Source: Balanoglossus misakiensis (taxonomy: Eukaryota > Animalia > Hemichordata). Taken from it: a stretch of 64,000 nucleotides of DNA. Location of the stretch: the NCBI GenBank assembly GCA_040954595.2, contig CM082580.2, positions 2,098,783 to 2,162,782 of the forward strand. The letters run 5' to 3'. Each line of letters opens with the position of its first letter. Position 1 is the first letter of the stretch. Position numbers and translations under genes: made by a program. This document shows, one piece after another, positions 28,721 to 43,700 of this stretch. The notes beneath the pieces are model-generated. The model worked only from the letters and a program-made list of their open reading frames with translations. It was not told the DNA's origin and ran no database searches.

Positions 28721-30077
28721 TTAATTAAAGAATGAGATGCAATGGGCATTTGGAAAAGCTGTCACTGGTGAATAAGTGAAAATCAAAACTGTAAATTGAC
28801 TCACTTGATAACATTCACTTAACAATTAGTATGCATTCTGTTATAACAACATTTTAATTGGATGTCAGGTTTTAATAATTTCACATTTGCCTGCTGGGTT
28901 GAAAAATGCATATTCATAAAAACCATGTTGACACTCATTCATTTATTTTCATTTTTTTTCAGACTCAACCACCATGACAGTTGAGATATTGTCTGATGAA
29001 CCTCTTCTGGTTGCGACAACGCGAACAACAGATGCAGCTGTCCACCTTGTACATTTAAAGACGACACGCCTAGGTAAACGGCTGGCCTGTATGACATGCT
29101 CTTATGGCACCACTACGTGCGATCATGTTAAAATGTATCAGGCATGGTTGGAAAAAAATGGCAAGTCAACTCCAGAAACAGAAAGTGACACTCCGCCAAC
29201 TAGTAACTTTAAAGGTGTTTCATATGGAACCATCCTGTATCCACTGCCACCATCACTTAAGTCAAAATATGAGAAGCAAGAGTCTGGAGAACTTACTCTA
29301 CCACAGCATCTAATACCATCGATTCCTGAAAGTGGAAGTAACTCGACTTGTGAACATGGCTTTGAATGGGACAGTGGTAACCCTGTAGAAAATCATTGGT
29401 TTGTTGGTGAAGGGACTATTTACAAGGAAAGCTGTACTGTCAGACAGCTACATGTTGATGGTAGACAACTGCCAATAACAGGTAAAGTCAGATAATAATA
29501 CATCACCGCATTCAGTTCATGTATGTAGTAAGCTAACTAGTAACTTGCTTCTTCTGACCTGTGAATTCCTGATCTAGCCCAAAGTCAATGGCCTCCAACA
29601 TTGATTAGTTTTATTCCCTCACCATTAATATTATGAAAGATGGTAAAACATGGACCCCACCAAGCCGGCCTTTAATCCTTAACTGCATGTACATTGTATA
29701 ACAGGAATGTAGCTAGAATAAGGAGGATGTTTATCTTGTATCAAAACAAGCCCTTCAAAAAAATTACATAAGCACTACCGTAATCGAGGACTCTTTGGGA
29801 CTTTTTTACATGTTTTCGTGCTTTATGGACCTACACAAAAAACAGTGAAGTTCATCAGTTGCACATCTTTTCACTTGTCACTGACAATATTTTTTTTCCA
29901 GTCTGTTTCAGACCTAGTCTTGGCCCGTGTAGCTGTCGTCTGTTTTATGATGGTGTCGAGGATCTGCTATTCAATTTAAATAATAGAGACTTTATTCACT
30001 ACAGCCTATTATACAGTTATCTCCATCTAATGACTGAAAGCAGAAATCCCCTTGCTGCTTTTCACAGGTGAGTTGCA

Positions 30078-30480
30078 CTTTTTAGCTCCGCTGTCAGCGA
30101 CATGGAGCTTTACACATTGGCTGATTGTCCGTTGTCAGTCAACAATTGCCGTCTTCTCTGAAACCACTGGTCTGATTGCTTTCAAATATAATATGCAGGT
30201 CCCTAGGAGTGACCAGAGTCAGATTTGTTTAAATTGTGTTGAAATTCGCATATTTGTATTTTTGGGGCAATTTTTGCTGTTTTTGGTCAAAAAGTCTTCT
30301 CTGAAACCACTGGTCCATTCGCTTTCAAATTTGATATGCAGGTTTCTAGGGATGACCGTAGTCAGATTTGTTCGAATTGTGTTGTAATTTTCATATTTGT
30401 ATTTTTGGGGGGGGGGGGGGGGGAGGGGGGGTCTTTTTGCCAGTCTTGGTCAAAAATTGGTCTTCTCTTCAGAACAGCCC
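30078..30480 (+). mobile_element. Helentron/HINE-like repeat in a KDZ intron
   Basis: TTTTTAGCTCC..GGAGCT stem, then two ~140-bp tandem cores beginning TCTTCTCTGAAACCACTGGTC. Confidence 0.55.
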
Positions 30481-32002
30481 TTTTGACTGATGTTACAGCA
30501 GACATTAAAATGTTGGTCTCCGGAACATGCGTCACTACCTTCAGTGTTAAAGCATAATCATGATGATAATGGTTAAACTTAAAGCCATAAATAAGAATTC
30601 CATGGACCGGAAGTGAGTCGTGTGGTCTGCCTTTGTCCATTGATGAAAGGTTCAGTCAGTTTTGCATAGATATAGTACAACCGAAATGGTATGTCAAACA
30701 ACATTTGATGACTATTCATGGGTTCGTCAAGCATGTGATATGATGTCATTTTTCTTTGCCTGATGATTACTAATTGTCAATTCTTATTGTTTTTAGGGCA
30801 TATCTACAGAAACACGCATCATTGGTGACAACAACACCCATACCATTGCACAAACTGAGGATTGCATGGAATTGTTTCATAAGACTACTAGACATCAACT
30901 GGAAAGAAGCCTTCTCCTGTCAGCTGTGTGGAGAGAACCCTGAAGTAGTTGTGTGTGATGGAACAGCTGTTTGAATGAACAAACAGCTCCTCAAAGCATT
31001 CCCTGATCCTGATGTTGATCATCTGCCAACCATTACTGGAACAAAGCATGTAGACAGTCTTCATACCAAGCCCCCAGGCTCGAAAACTACTTCTTCAGTT
31101 TGCAGGGATACACCCACAGATGAAAACAACAAGGTCTCATTTACCACCAATTCCACTTTCTGGCCAGCAGTACAGTCAGCTGTTGAGTTTACTCCAAAAG
31201 CATCCACATTTACAATCGCTCATTTCTGTTATTGAGAGAATCAGCTCAAATGGCAGAGAAGGACTGGCACCTCTTGCATACTGAACTTTTCTTGCAAATC
31301 TCGCAAGAAATTGTCCAGCCTCTTCACTGGTGCAAATGGAGGAACACTCCAGAGGAAGACACTTAATTAAGGAGGTGATTATAAGAGGTGTAAATGTATT
31401 CCGAAGTGAGAACTATGAAAAATTGCTCAAGCTTAGAGAAGAAGCACCGATTATCACTGCCTTCCTGGAAGCGACATATGATGATTGCCAAATACCCAAT
31501 GATGTGCGTCAACTTGTTCAGGATGTCTTGAAGCGAAGCAAAAGTGCAGTCACCACTCAGAACAAAGAATATCTACCCGTTGCAAATGAAGAACTGTTTA
31601 AAGATTTGAGTTTTTTCCCCAACCTTCCAAGCCTCCATGGGTAAGTTTAAGGTAGAGATGTAGGTTTTTTGCATTTTTTTGGTGATTTTTACTTTTTTCA
31701 ATATTTCCAACCATTAGAATTTGTATTATTTTTTTATTAAAACAGTTTTACCGGGTCACACTCGTAAACATGTGTAAATTTATCAAAACTAAAATTTTTT
31801 TAGAATTGCGTGTACAGTTATAAACGTTTCGGATTAACTGTCGCCGGATTAGTGTTGAAGTTTGCTAACCAATTCACGGGATCCCAGGGGGGATAACTTC
31901 AAGATATGCAAATCTGACTTTTCGAAAGTTAGGCTTGTACGCATGCGCAAATAGACGCACTGACTAGACTTCAACCACTGTGTAAGATCACAGATACTAG
32001 AT

Positions 32003-35000
32003 ATGGCTACTGTCCAGAAACCGCGCAAACGAAAACGCGGGCCGCCGAAGAAAAATGTCAAAGTCATGACAGATGAAGTGAAAGCGGCACTGAGAGAACA
32101 CCGTAAACGTGAACGGTGTTATGTTGAATCGGAGTTGTCCGACTCGTCTGATGCGGATGAAGACGCCTTATGCAGCGGAACCCTCCCGAAGACGGAGAGC
32201 GTCGCAGCCAGAAAAATAAGTTCGGGGACTGCAATTGTAGATCATGATGAGGGCGAAACACTCCGCATCATTAATTTGAACATTTTAAATGCAATGTTGA
32301 AGACGGAGTCGGTATGTAGGGTATGTTTGAGTGGGACTCTTAGTCTGGTTGAGGAAACCGTTCAAGGATGGGGGAGCCATTTCTGCATGGAATGCACAAA
32401 TTCCAAGTGCGGACGATCTACTCCAGCAAAGTTTCCCTCGTCACGGAAGAACGGGAGTTTTTTCCAGATCAACAGGAAAATGGTGCTAGGGTTGCGCGCC
32501 ATAGGTAAGGGAAGACGTGCGGCTGTTAAGTTTAGTTCGTTTGTGGGGCTCCCACCACCTTTATCTTCCCATCCATTCAAGAAGCACGTGGAAACCTTGG
32601 CAACGACGAGCGCAGAACAGACCGAGCGCAATATGGCGTCTGCTGTGGCCGAACTTCGTCGGCTGAAGCTGCAACTGGCACCCGATGACGTCGATGACAA
32701 CAACGAAACGGTTGATGTTGCCGTTTCCATCGATGGATCGTGGATATCCAGAGGATTTTCCTCTCTATATGGATTTGTTAGTGTTATATCCATCGATACT
32801 GGTAAGTGCATTCAATCATTTTGCAACCTCCAGTGACTTTGTAATTGTTTTCCGTGGTAATTATTGTTACACGTTTCTGAGGAATACAATAAATATAAAC
32901 TGTGAACGGAAGCCCAACACATTTGTTCATGGGCGTTTACAATGGCATTGTTTCGGTGATTGTCACCTCACAAAACATGAGGTGACATAACAAAAGCATG
33001 ACAGGAAGTAGAGCAGTTGTTTTTGTCTGGCCATCTTCATTTCATGACTGTAATGTTTGAGGCCAGCATTCCCAGCTACTACACTCTTTTGTATCCATCT
33101 TCTTTTAGGTAAAGTTTTAGACAGACATGTCAGCTCTGCTTATTGCAGTGAATGCAGGAAAATGGAAGACAAGCCGAGAAACCTTGACTACATGGAATGG
33201 TTCATACAGCACGAGCCAACCTGCCAGATGAACCATGATGGTTCTGCTAAGAGTATGGAACAGACAGGTGCTGCCATCCTATTTGAACGGTCAAAGGAAA
33301 AATACAATATGAGGTAGTTGAACAGTTTAGAATTATAGCAAAATTACAATAATAGAAAATAGCACACAAAAAATCTTGGTATATTTTTCTGATTACTTCC
33401 ACATAAAAAATAAATACATTCCTGTTTTTTTATTCCTTTTGTGAACTTCTTGTCCAATGTAATTATACATGTAGTTTTATTTTGTATTTCTTTTTTGCCC
33501 TTAATCTCATGCTTATTGATATAACTTTAACTGATTTTTTTATTTGTACTCCAATTTATTTGAATTTTGCAGATACACAACCTTTGTGGGTGATGGTGAC
33601 AGTGCCGCATACAGGGAAGTAAAAGATGTGTATGCAGATGACGATATAGAAGTTCAGAAAGAAGACTGTGTGGGGCACATTCAGAAGAGGATGGGTACAC
33701 ATCTCAGAAAACTTGTTGAGAAATACAAGGGTGAGCAGATAAAAAAATGAACTAATAATATCATTGCAAATAATTTCAGTTTCGTTCTTATCTAAATAGA
33801 CTGGAAATATTTCTATATTTTAATGCAAAAAAACTGTCTTGTGCTATTTTTAGCAACTGTTTCTAATGATTTTCCAGTCATTAATATTACAACATTTCCT
33901 TGAATCAGTCCTACACTCATGGCGTGTCAGAAAAATTGTGGTGCCTACAGGGGACTAACATTTATTCAATTCAGTGTCATCAACTGAACCATTATTTATA
34001 CAAAAACATAGTGATGGAAAACACCAAATAATAGACAAACTCATGCATCTGACATCTTATGTGTTTTTGTTGATTTCTCCATAAGGTGGCAAGTTAGAAG
34101 ATGGATTGAGCTTGACTGGCCGTAACCGACTAACCAATCAAATGATAAATGCTTTTCAAGTTTTCTATGGTATTGCCATCAGAAACAACAAAGGTAGGCT
34201 AAGATCAATCAAAATTGTAATGATTGAATGTGATACTGTATGTGAAAGCAGGAATGTGTCTTTCACCTGAGAGATATGAAACACTTGAGCTGAAATGAAT
34301 TTTATTAAAGGAATAATTTAACTGTGGGGACTCATCTTTGTTAACCTGTTCCTTTGTGAAAGTCACCTGACCAGACGGAGAAACAAGGTCTGGTGGCCTT
34401 CAATGTTGCTAAATTGGCATCATCTTAGAAAGGGGAATTGTGAGCTTAGTTATTTCAATTCATTCAAGTTTACTTTGTTTCTTTTCAGGCAACGTCACTG
34501 AAATGAGCCTTCAAACGAAAGCCATATTACAGCACTATTCGAGTACTCATGATAACCCATGTCACGAGTATTGCCCCAAGGGAATAAACAGCTGGTGCAA
34601 GTGGCAGAAGGACAGAGTAAGTGGTCAAACCACTTACAAGCCCTTATTACATCCACTTGCGCCAGCTGTTGTGAAAGCTGTGGAACCAGTTATCGAAAGA
34701 TTGGCCAACCCAAACCTCCTGAATGGTGCAAGGATGGGGCTCACCCAAAATCAGAATGAAAGTTTACACCATTCTATGTGGAGCCTGGTTCCAAAAGATC
34801 AGAGTCATGGCCTTAGTGAAGTGATCCTTGGCATCAACATGGCCATATCATTTTTTAATAGTGGGATGGCAGAGTATAGTCAAAAGTTGTGTGATGCCAA
34901 TGACCTTGCCGTCAATTCGGAGATGTCTTTATTGTGGGCTAGGCTAGATTCGATTCGAGTTAGAGATGCTGAATACAAATGTGCAGTAAGAGTGAAAAAG

Positions 35001-35183
35001 AGAAGGAAGCAACTGAAAAGGCAGCGTCTGCAAAAAATAGATAAATTTCAGTATGCAGAAGGGGCAACGTACGAATCTTGTGGATTTGACAGCTCAGTTG
35101 CCCGTGAAATTCAGAAGAACTGCAGAAGATGTAAGAAGTGTTTTAATCCCATGAAAGGACATAGAAGAGCATCGTGCAATTGA
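32003..35183 (+). CDS. Kolobok DDE transposase, 5 exons, open frame
   Basis: Exons 32003-32801, 33109-33313, 33573-33730, 34086-34193, 34489-35183 splice in phase. Motifs SIDGSWISRG, FVGDGDS, EDCVGHIQKRMG, TQNQNESLH; basic NLS at the N-terminus. Confidence 0.9.
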
Positions 35184-36022
35184 GTGATTCGCGCCTTCTC
35201 TATTTCGCTCTTATGGCCCATTTGTATTCAGCATCATGTGCTGGGACTTTTGATCAATAGTTCAAACCAAATTATCTTATTGCCTTTTTGAATGGAACCA
35301 TTGTAATGAAAGTATAGTGCCATGACAATGATGTACTCTTTTGTAATAATTTTGCATAGGAAAAGCAACTGCTGCTTATATGTACCCACAAGAAATTTGT
35401 AAAGTTTGTAAACATCTAGAATTACCAATTTCCAGAATAAGGGTATTTTGGGCAGACAAATCACCTGTTGACATTATTAGTTTGCGCTTGCTGTGACCAG
35501 TAATACAATTTGTTTAAGAAGTATTTATAGTGACTTATTGGCACCACACCAGTGTGTTACATTCTTGCAGTGGTGATCAACTGTAAACAGATCCTTTACA
35601 TCAGCTGACAAGGTGTGGAACAGATTTCTAGAATCATCTGTAAATACTCAGTAGTTATTTGTCAAAATATTTAGAAGAATTTGGTAAATTTTTAATATAG
35701 ACTAGAAATAGAGTCGGTCCAAGTACTGATCTCTGGGAAACACCACAATTCACTGGTAAATTTTCTGACCAAAAAGTCTTCTGTAAATACATATTGATCC
35801 CTATTGTACATATAATCTGTGGAGTTGAAATAAAGCCTGTTTTGTTTATAAACTGTAATTTCTTGCTGAATTGTTAAACCTATCAAAGGTTCAACTTCTT
35901 TTCTTTTCACATCAGGAAATACGACGGTACAACCAAGCTTCTGTCCATAAAATGCTGTTTTATTAAATTAAATGTAAAAAGTCAAATAAATATCAGCTTC
36001 AAATTGATTTGTTCTTCCTTGT

Positions 36023-37383
36023 TTACAAATGAGGTGTCACTGCTTCGACAAATTGCTGCATTGTGACATCAAAGGCCCCCTGAAAGTAAAGCAGACAAAA
36101 AAACACGTTAGAGGACTATTGTTTGATTTTATACGTGAAAGAATTGAAAATCCTACACCTATCATTTTTGTACTTACCAAGTGTACGAGTGGCATAGTTC
36201 TATAAAATGATGGCTGTGACACATTGTAATAACTTGCATATTATTACACCTGTGCACCAAGCCCTACCATTCATGAACAAACCCAGTGCATTTTTTTCAC
36301 ATAGTGTTTTTCACCTTTAGAATGAAGACTCACCTTCCATATTTCTCCTTTAACATTCCTTGGTAAGAGACATCGCAGATACTGAAGGATAACTGGAGGA
36401 AAGGCGTAATGGGCATTGGGAGGTCCAATTTCTTTAGCCTGGTGAAACAAAAATAAATATACATTCAGTAGCTGGTTCCATATGCCTGTGTGAATGCAAC
36501 CACCCTCATGATGAAACATTTTCAAACAAAGCAATATCCGACAAAATATGCTTACATATAGAGAGTACGCCCAATTACAATATAAAATCCAACGAATTCT
36601 CTTCTGGTTTATTCCTTTGGCCTTTCTTTCATTTACAAGGCGCTCCACTTCTTCACAGAATCGCTCACCCTGAGCTGAACTAGTTGGAGAGAAACAGAAA
36701 AAAGTATCAAATTAAAATGTGTTCGTATTCTCACAAAGTCATATTACATTACACTAGGATGTTTCAGTGACGCTGACTGTCAACTAAATCCACGCAAAAG
36801 AAAACAGAAACTGGGCAGTTGCATAGCAACCACTTCAAGCGAGTTTTATCATAGCGCAGGGACCTGGTGAATTAGGGCCAGCTACGCATGTAGACGCAAG
36901 AAAATATTATTAAACTAGAGTCTGGGATAATCGTGAGCGTAACTGGTGATCGCCGTGTGAACAAACAACTCTCACGCGACTGTGGTTTCCGCCGCCACAC
37001 ACGGCCTCCTGCGCCGTGTAAAGCCGGGCCTACTGTATATTTCGCATATGAATTGTGCGCACCTAGAAAGCTTGGCGTCTCCTCGCCAATTGTAGTCATG
37101 CCGAAAAACATATATATTTTTAATGTGACGAAAAGGAAAAGTGAATACTGAAATGACAGAATACATTTGCATACAACAGAGACTTTTCAACAAAAGCTAT
37201 TTTGACTTACCCGCATTTCTGGAAATGCTCCATGACAGAACGTTTAGTTGTGACCAGTGTTGTTTGTCTCATCTTGTCGAGAAAGCTGTTGCTGGTGCAG
37301 CTTACAATGTCACAACCGTCGATAAACTGAACAACTAATCCATTGCATGAAATAGGTGGATGTGTCAAGCGATGCCGATGCAT
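36023..37383 (-). CDS. Kolobok accessory protein (KolX-like by inference), 4 small exons
   Basis: Approximate exons 37383-37211, 36679-36556, 36439-36335, 36079-36023 splice in phase: MHRHRL..QKCG|SAQGERFCEEVERLV..RIRWILYCNWAYSLY|AKEIGPPNAHYAFPPVILQYLRCLLP..WK|GAFDVTMQQFVEAVTPHL*. Start uncertain. Confidence 0.6.
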
Positions 37384-40300
37384 AAATTTTCAGTTTTGAA
37401 ACAGGAAGTTTGACAGGCGTGCTTTGTCTAGCGACTTCCAGAATGATGGTAGAGTATGGCTTCCATCAGGGTTCGATCGTCATGTTCCGTGGCATAGACT
37501 AATTTACCGGACACAGAGCAATGAAACGCCCGCAAATGTACAATTACTAATTTTACATGTTATGGTAGGAGTGAGAAAATTAGATTAAAATGGGTTTACA
37601 GAAGTGTATACTTAACGGGCTTTAGTGTCGTTTGGAGAAGTTATCAGTGGCAGGGATTAACAGTCCCTTGTTTGCTGAATAAACAAACCAACCTCATTAT
37701 TGTACTCTGTCCGTAATGATGTCGTTTTTTCCACGATTTTCCACTAATTTATGAACTTGCAAAACGTTCTAGATGAAAATGACTTGGTCTAAAGTCTCTA
37801 GTATTATGCTACTTCGTTAAAACATAACAAAGCAGTGAGTAAGTGCTATTTATGATCGTTTTTTTCCAACTGAAAGTGCCGTTCACACAAATTGTCGATT
37901 TTCTCTGTTCGGTTTTGGGCTCTGGAGTGCAACTTCAAAAGAGTGTAACTTAGCAACGCGTGCACAGATTGTTCTGATTTTTGGCCTATGGAAGGGAACA
38001 ATACCTGTCTCCAAACCCCACGAGCGGATTTCCAATAAAGTTGATAGAACAAAAGAAATCACCACACAAGTGAACAAAAGTCGATAATTTATGCAAAAAT
38101 CGACAGTTGACACTTTAAAGGCTCATTGTTCGAAAACAAAAGTGAATATCAAAATTCCATGACCCGGTATTTTTACCACTATACCCAGCTGTCGATTGCC
38201 GGTAACAGATCACCTGGAGGCATTGTCTTTTTTTATTGCCAAGCCTTTGAGTAAAAAAACTTAAAATCGTGTATTTTTGAGCAAAACGAGAAAGAGAACA
38301 GAAATTTTGGAAAATAAACCAGATTTTCATAAACTTCAAGTATAGAGCTAACAGAAAATATATAATGTGTTGGTGGGAAACATGAAATACAAGGAGAAAA
38401 AATCGATTAAAAACAAGTGTCATAAAAGGTACATCTCAACCTTAAGAGTGTGTACAAACTTTACAGAATGTGGAAGTCTATCTGGAATGTTAATAAAGGT
38501 AGACTACCTAACAGTTGAAAGAGATATAGCCAGATACTAGTTACCTCCCAAGCAAACTTGTATGTGTCGGCACATATAAGACTATGTGGATGATCTTTAA
38601 ACATTATGAGTTCTAGAACATGCAGGTGTGAAAGAAATGTACAATTTAGGCAAGTCTAGCTAAATGCAAAAATAAGGCTAAAACATGAACCACCGTGTTC
38701 TTCATTGTTTCTTACAAACAGACGCAATACATGGTAGAGTAGAGTATATCTAGGGCATGTACATGTTTGTGTACAGTTGGCAAGGTTAAGAAGTATTCTC
38801 AAGAAGACATCCACAAGTACATAACAAAATACTTTTGTGTAATTTCAAACTGTTCTCCTTCTGTCCATATCCATGATTTAACTGCTAATTTGTGATTGGA
38901 ATTGGCAGGTTTTGTATTAATACCTCACTGAAAGATAAAGAAATTTGGATCAAGCCTAATTATAAAATGTACGCCTTACATTTTTTTTGCAGAATGTTCT
39001 ATTCATTTGTTTATAATTTATCTTATTTTGTTATTTATTAATTCAGCAATGGGAACTATGCATGTGATCAAGGAACAGCCCAAGCAAGCAGAAGAGAGAA
39101 TGATATATGCAACAAGCTGACCGGTGGCCACCCTTCACTGTCACCAGGCATATTTACCGTATACTGCAAGCACAGAACCTGCCTTGGATTCGAAGTTATG
39201 AAGAGACACGAGTCACCCGCTGTTCCTTTTGCGATATTCAAGCAAAGATTCCGAAAACCACCCAGAATAGTTGTCTATGACAATGCGTGTAAATTACACC
39301 AATATTGCTGTAATAGGTGAGTATACCTTTGCTCAATTTGAAACAAGCTCTCACAGTACTGAAGATAAGCTATAATGAAAAGTGATCTGATAGAAAACAC
39401 CGTTTCATAAATATAGAAATTCAGTTAAAGGGAGAGGTGGGCAAGTGTAATTATGTAATTGAGTATGTGCACCCGAACTACAGAATGATTTGCCATTTGA
39501 AATTAAGAGCGCCAGAAGTGTAGATAGTTTTAAGTGCAGTTTGGTGTTGGGATATATTTTCTCTATTTTTTTAGTAATTTCCACTTAATTCACTGTTACA
39601 GTGGAACAACTTGTTTCAAAGCCAAATCCATGTAAAGCTGTTCTCAGTTAACTTTGTGAAAATGTAATTAGTGTGTAATATGTGTTTTTTTTTTCCATTG
39701 AAGATCTAATTGTTAGTGATTATCATCTCTCCACAGGGAACCAGTGTTTTTTCAAAACACACTCTTTCTGGTTGATAGACTTCATTGGTGTAATCACACT
39801 GGGTAAGTTTTTTAAAAGTAATTTCACGGTTTGATGTTCCTTTTCTAAACCACACTAAAATCAAATTTGATAAAACACAGTAAATGTGTTTCACTGGGTT
39901 TTAATTTATGTTCTAAATCCCACTGTGGGGTATAAAATGAAAATTGCGCTAAACTGCGCTAAACTATCTTCTACCTTGCCAGAATGGTCTGAAAGAGTAC
40001 ACTTAGTTTCATGAACAAATTGTCCACACAGCTATGTACATCATTACGCCCATTTCTTCGACAAAAAAAAGAACCTTTTAGAGAAAAAGACTGGTCAGGG
40101 ACAACTTTTTAGCGTGCGTGAGAAGTGGGAGATTGCCATTGTTAAGTCCATCACTAATCACTTTTATAAACACAAAGTTTGTTGGTGTGCTGATTAGGCA
40201 GGGTTGACTATTAGCTGTAACCCCGGCCTTTAAACTTCTGATGAAATGATATTGTATCGCAAAATCTATCTATATATGCCCTCTAATATGTTATCAAACA

Positions 40301-40728
40301 TGAACCCTTGTTGTCCATGTTACAGACAAAACGTAATATTTATCTGTTATTTTTCCCTTTGGTAGATGTTCAGCGGGGTACAACATGAACACGTACTCGA
40401 CTAATCAAGAATTGGTGCAGCTAAATTCGCAGATCTGTGAACAGACGAATGCTACAGTAGCCCGGTTGAAGGCACAGCTGTCCTACATGCTTCCTGACAA
40501 CTTCATATACCATGTTGCTCTGTTTCTTGGTTTGGCAAATAAGAAGATTCAAGATGCACTTAAAGGACACTAATAGATACAACACTTGAAGGAGACATGA
40601 TGATTGTAATGCATTTTGATAATTTATTGACACTGAAAGTATAGTATAAAAAAGTAAATACAAAAAAAAATACACATGAAATGAAATGAATGATGAATAT
40701 AATTACTAAAAAAAACATACATATGAAG

Positions 40729-43700
40729 TTACAGATTGCCCACGACCCACTGTAAAGTGCCTTCCAACTTGGCGATATTACATGGGTCCTTCAAAATACT
40801 AAAATTATCAAGTAAAAACTGAAGTATAAAATTGACAGTATCTTCATCCAATGCTAAGACTTGACAATGCTTCTCGTGCTGTTGTGGCTGCTGGTATTTG
40901 AAACGGAGCAGGTCAGCTGGGCTGGTCATCCTTCGCAAAGGTGAAGGATGACATGTTCTGACATACTCCTCCAGCTCACCGCTCCTCTTCAGGGCCATCA
41001 ACTTTTTTTCTATTCGTGTAGTTTCCTGTTGGCGACTCTTCTCGCTTCTCTTTTTCTTCCTCTTTGAAGTTCTTGTGTCTAAACCTGAGAAAAAATAGTA
41101 GGATAGTGGGTGAATTATAAAGATTTAGTTACAAAAAAGAAAAATGTGGTTAGTGTTACAGTACTTGCCTTGCCTCAGCGTTATTATTGCTGATAAAATC
41201 CACTAAAATTGAAAAAATGTGTTCAAAGATTGTACAGTTTCAAAGCTTTTAGTGTCGCCTGAAAAACACATAAGCCTACAATTGGTCCATCATTTGCGCT
41301 GAGTTTAGTCATGTTATTCCTTACATGCGATCATGTCGCGTAATGATGTGGGAAGTGCTAGTTTTGAGGCAGCCAGTTTATCTACAAGTCATTGTAATAA
41401 CTAAAATACCTTACCTCTCTTCTTTACTCCACCATCTGTTGTATGATTCTCTTGGGGGTCGGGTATCGATGACGTGGAAAGGGAAGCTAGTTCAGCTGTT
41501 GATACGTTCGGTGTGCTCTGTACATTGAATTCAGCTGCAATAAATTTATAAAGATGTATATTTAGAATGTATGTTTCATTTCAGTGAAAATGTCAATTTT
41601 TTCGAATGTCACTTTTTTATTGAGCTGATGATTGAAATGCAGATTCAGACATTTCTGTGAGAGAATTCCAGCTTTGACATTAACATCCCAAAATTGACCA
41701 ATTTCCAGATTATCTCAACATGTAAAATAAGCCTTTTCATCCTGAAAAAGGTGAGGAGGCAAATACAGGCAAATAAAGAACTGTACACTTGTCACTTGTG
41801 CTTATTGAAGTACCCAAGTAGTTAAATACTTACTTATATCTGCTGGATTGATCGTTGTTAAATCAGCAGTTAATGGTATGCTCTGGTCTGTAAATAAATC
41901 AGAAAAGAACACATGATATACCATCGAAGTAAAAGCAATTATAACAAAGCACTGCAAAGATGAACAAGTTGCTGAAGTAGAACTAGCAATGCTGCGAAAT
42001 ATTTTATTTTTTTCTTCAATGTCTACTATCAACAAAGATTGTTCCTGTTTGGGTCTTGTCTGCTAGTAAAAACCACATCTGAATTCACACACTTTTGAGT
42101 TTTATAATGAACTGCATTTCTAAATGAATAAAAAACAGGCTCGCATTTTTGTTCTCCTTAAATTTTGTTCAAACTTACCAGTATTAATGGTCATGCTTGT
42201 GATACTGTCTTGTGGTGGAATGATATATGTGTTACCTCCAGGTGCAACATCTTCAACAAAACCTACAATAAGAGAAGAAATATAGTCAATGAGTATTGAA
42301 ATGTGACAGTGCATGTTGTTAAGTTACAGGCCAGTATGTTGTCAAAATTGTAGCAACTGGTTAAAAAAACTTAGGACCAATAGGATAATCACTGGAATTT
42401 ATACTTCCAGTCCTGGCTGGCTGGCTTTGTACATTGCAAACTCAGATTATTAAAAGGGGATACCATTATTAGTTTTAACTTACCTTCAATATTATCACTG
42501 TTGGTGCCAAGTAATTCTGCAACACTGTGTATTAGATCTGTTTGAAAAAAAAAATGTTTTGTTAACAGAGTAGGGAAGACAATATCTTGCATCGTCATTG
42601 AGATACAGTTACAAGCCTCAAAGAATGACCGAAACTGGAATAAAGGGAAAAAAACTACGAAGCAATCAACATTTTGAGGATTATTTTTGAATTTGGAAGG
42701 CTTTCCGCGATAGAAATAGCATTTTTTCTAATTTCTGAAGCTCTCATTTTATTCCTTAAATCTACACTAAATTTTGGAACACGTTAGGATAAAATTTAAG
42801 TGGTGCGGCAGGAGGCCCTAATATAGACAGAAAAAGACACATGGTTGACAAGGCTTACCGTAAGTTGAGTCTTCCTGGCTGCTTCGAACTTCTTCGATAC
42901 CATCGCCTGTTTAAAAAGTGCATAGACGACAAAAAATAATGAGAATATGACAAATACATGTGTCATAGTACCGCGTGAGGTACGTTCGAGTGAAATGGTC
43001 TCAAGTCGTTTATATGATTGCAATACAGTTATGTTCTGTACAGATCAAATCTAGGAACAAACAAAAATTCAACGAACTTCGACAGCATCCCAACCTACAG
43101 ATATCGTGAATGCAACAGAAACATCGTTCATTGGAGTAAACAGTTGCTTCATACTTTGCGATGGGAGTAGCGCTTACCTGTCAATTCTGACATGTTATGA
43201 TGAGTATAACACGCACGAGCGGCTTTCCTCAGAAGACTAACCCACTGGCCATCCGGGACTTCTTTTGGTTTAGTTGTTGGGTTTGCAAACGGTATCGACG
43301 AGGGCCACCAGCAAGGTGCCTTGCCAGCCCTGCCCCAGAGAGGTTGGCTCCGGCCCTCTACAGTGTTGACAACCAACACGGGTAACAGCTTTCGTAGAAT
43401 GGCAAACCCGGCATTGCTCAGTGAGCCCGCTACAGTCTTTCTCAAGTCTGGCAATTCAATGATGGCTGGTGAAGTGGGTGAATTAGACGAAGGTAGTTGT
43501 GGCGGTGGCATTGATGGCAAGGACGGTGGACGTATGCCTGGTGTTACTATACGGTCTATGTTGTTGTGGATGGACTGTTGGAGGACCTCGGTGCCGTGCA
43601 CCAAGGTTTTGCGTTGGCCGGTTAATCGGTCAATGAATGTTGTAACGACTGCAACTTCAAGATTTGTTTTCTTAGCAAACATGTCTACCTGTTTCGACAG

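Larger units (their letters stand above)
31651..38441 (+). mobile_element. Kolobok DNA transposon, apparently intact
   Basis: TIR GGTAGAGATGTA / TACATCTCAACC, TTAA TSD (31647-31650 / 38442-38445), inserted ~10 nt into a KDZ intron. Confidence 0.88.
27865..40573 (+). pseudogene. KDZ transposase, multi-exon, inactivated
   Basis: Approximate exons 27865-28240, 28963-29481, 29901-30067, 30798-31640, 39047-39316, 39737-39802, 40366-40573. Motifs FSCQLCG..VVCDGT, GIFTVYCKH, HESP, VYDNACKL, VDRLHWCNHTGC, NSQICEQTN; SWIM-like CxC..CxH N-terminally. TGA after DGTAV and a frameshift in exon 4. Confidence 0.85.
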
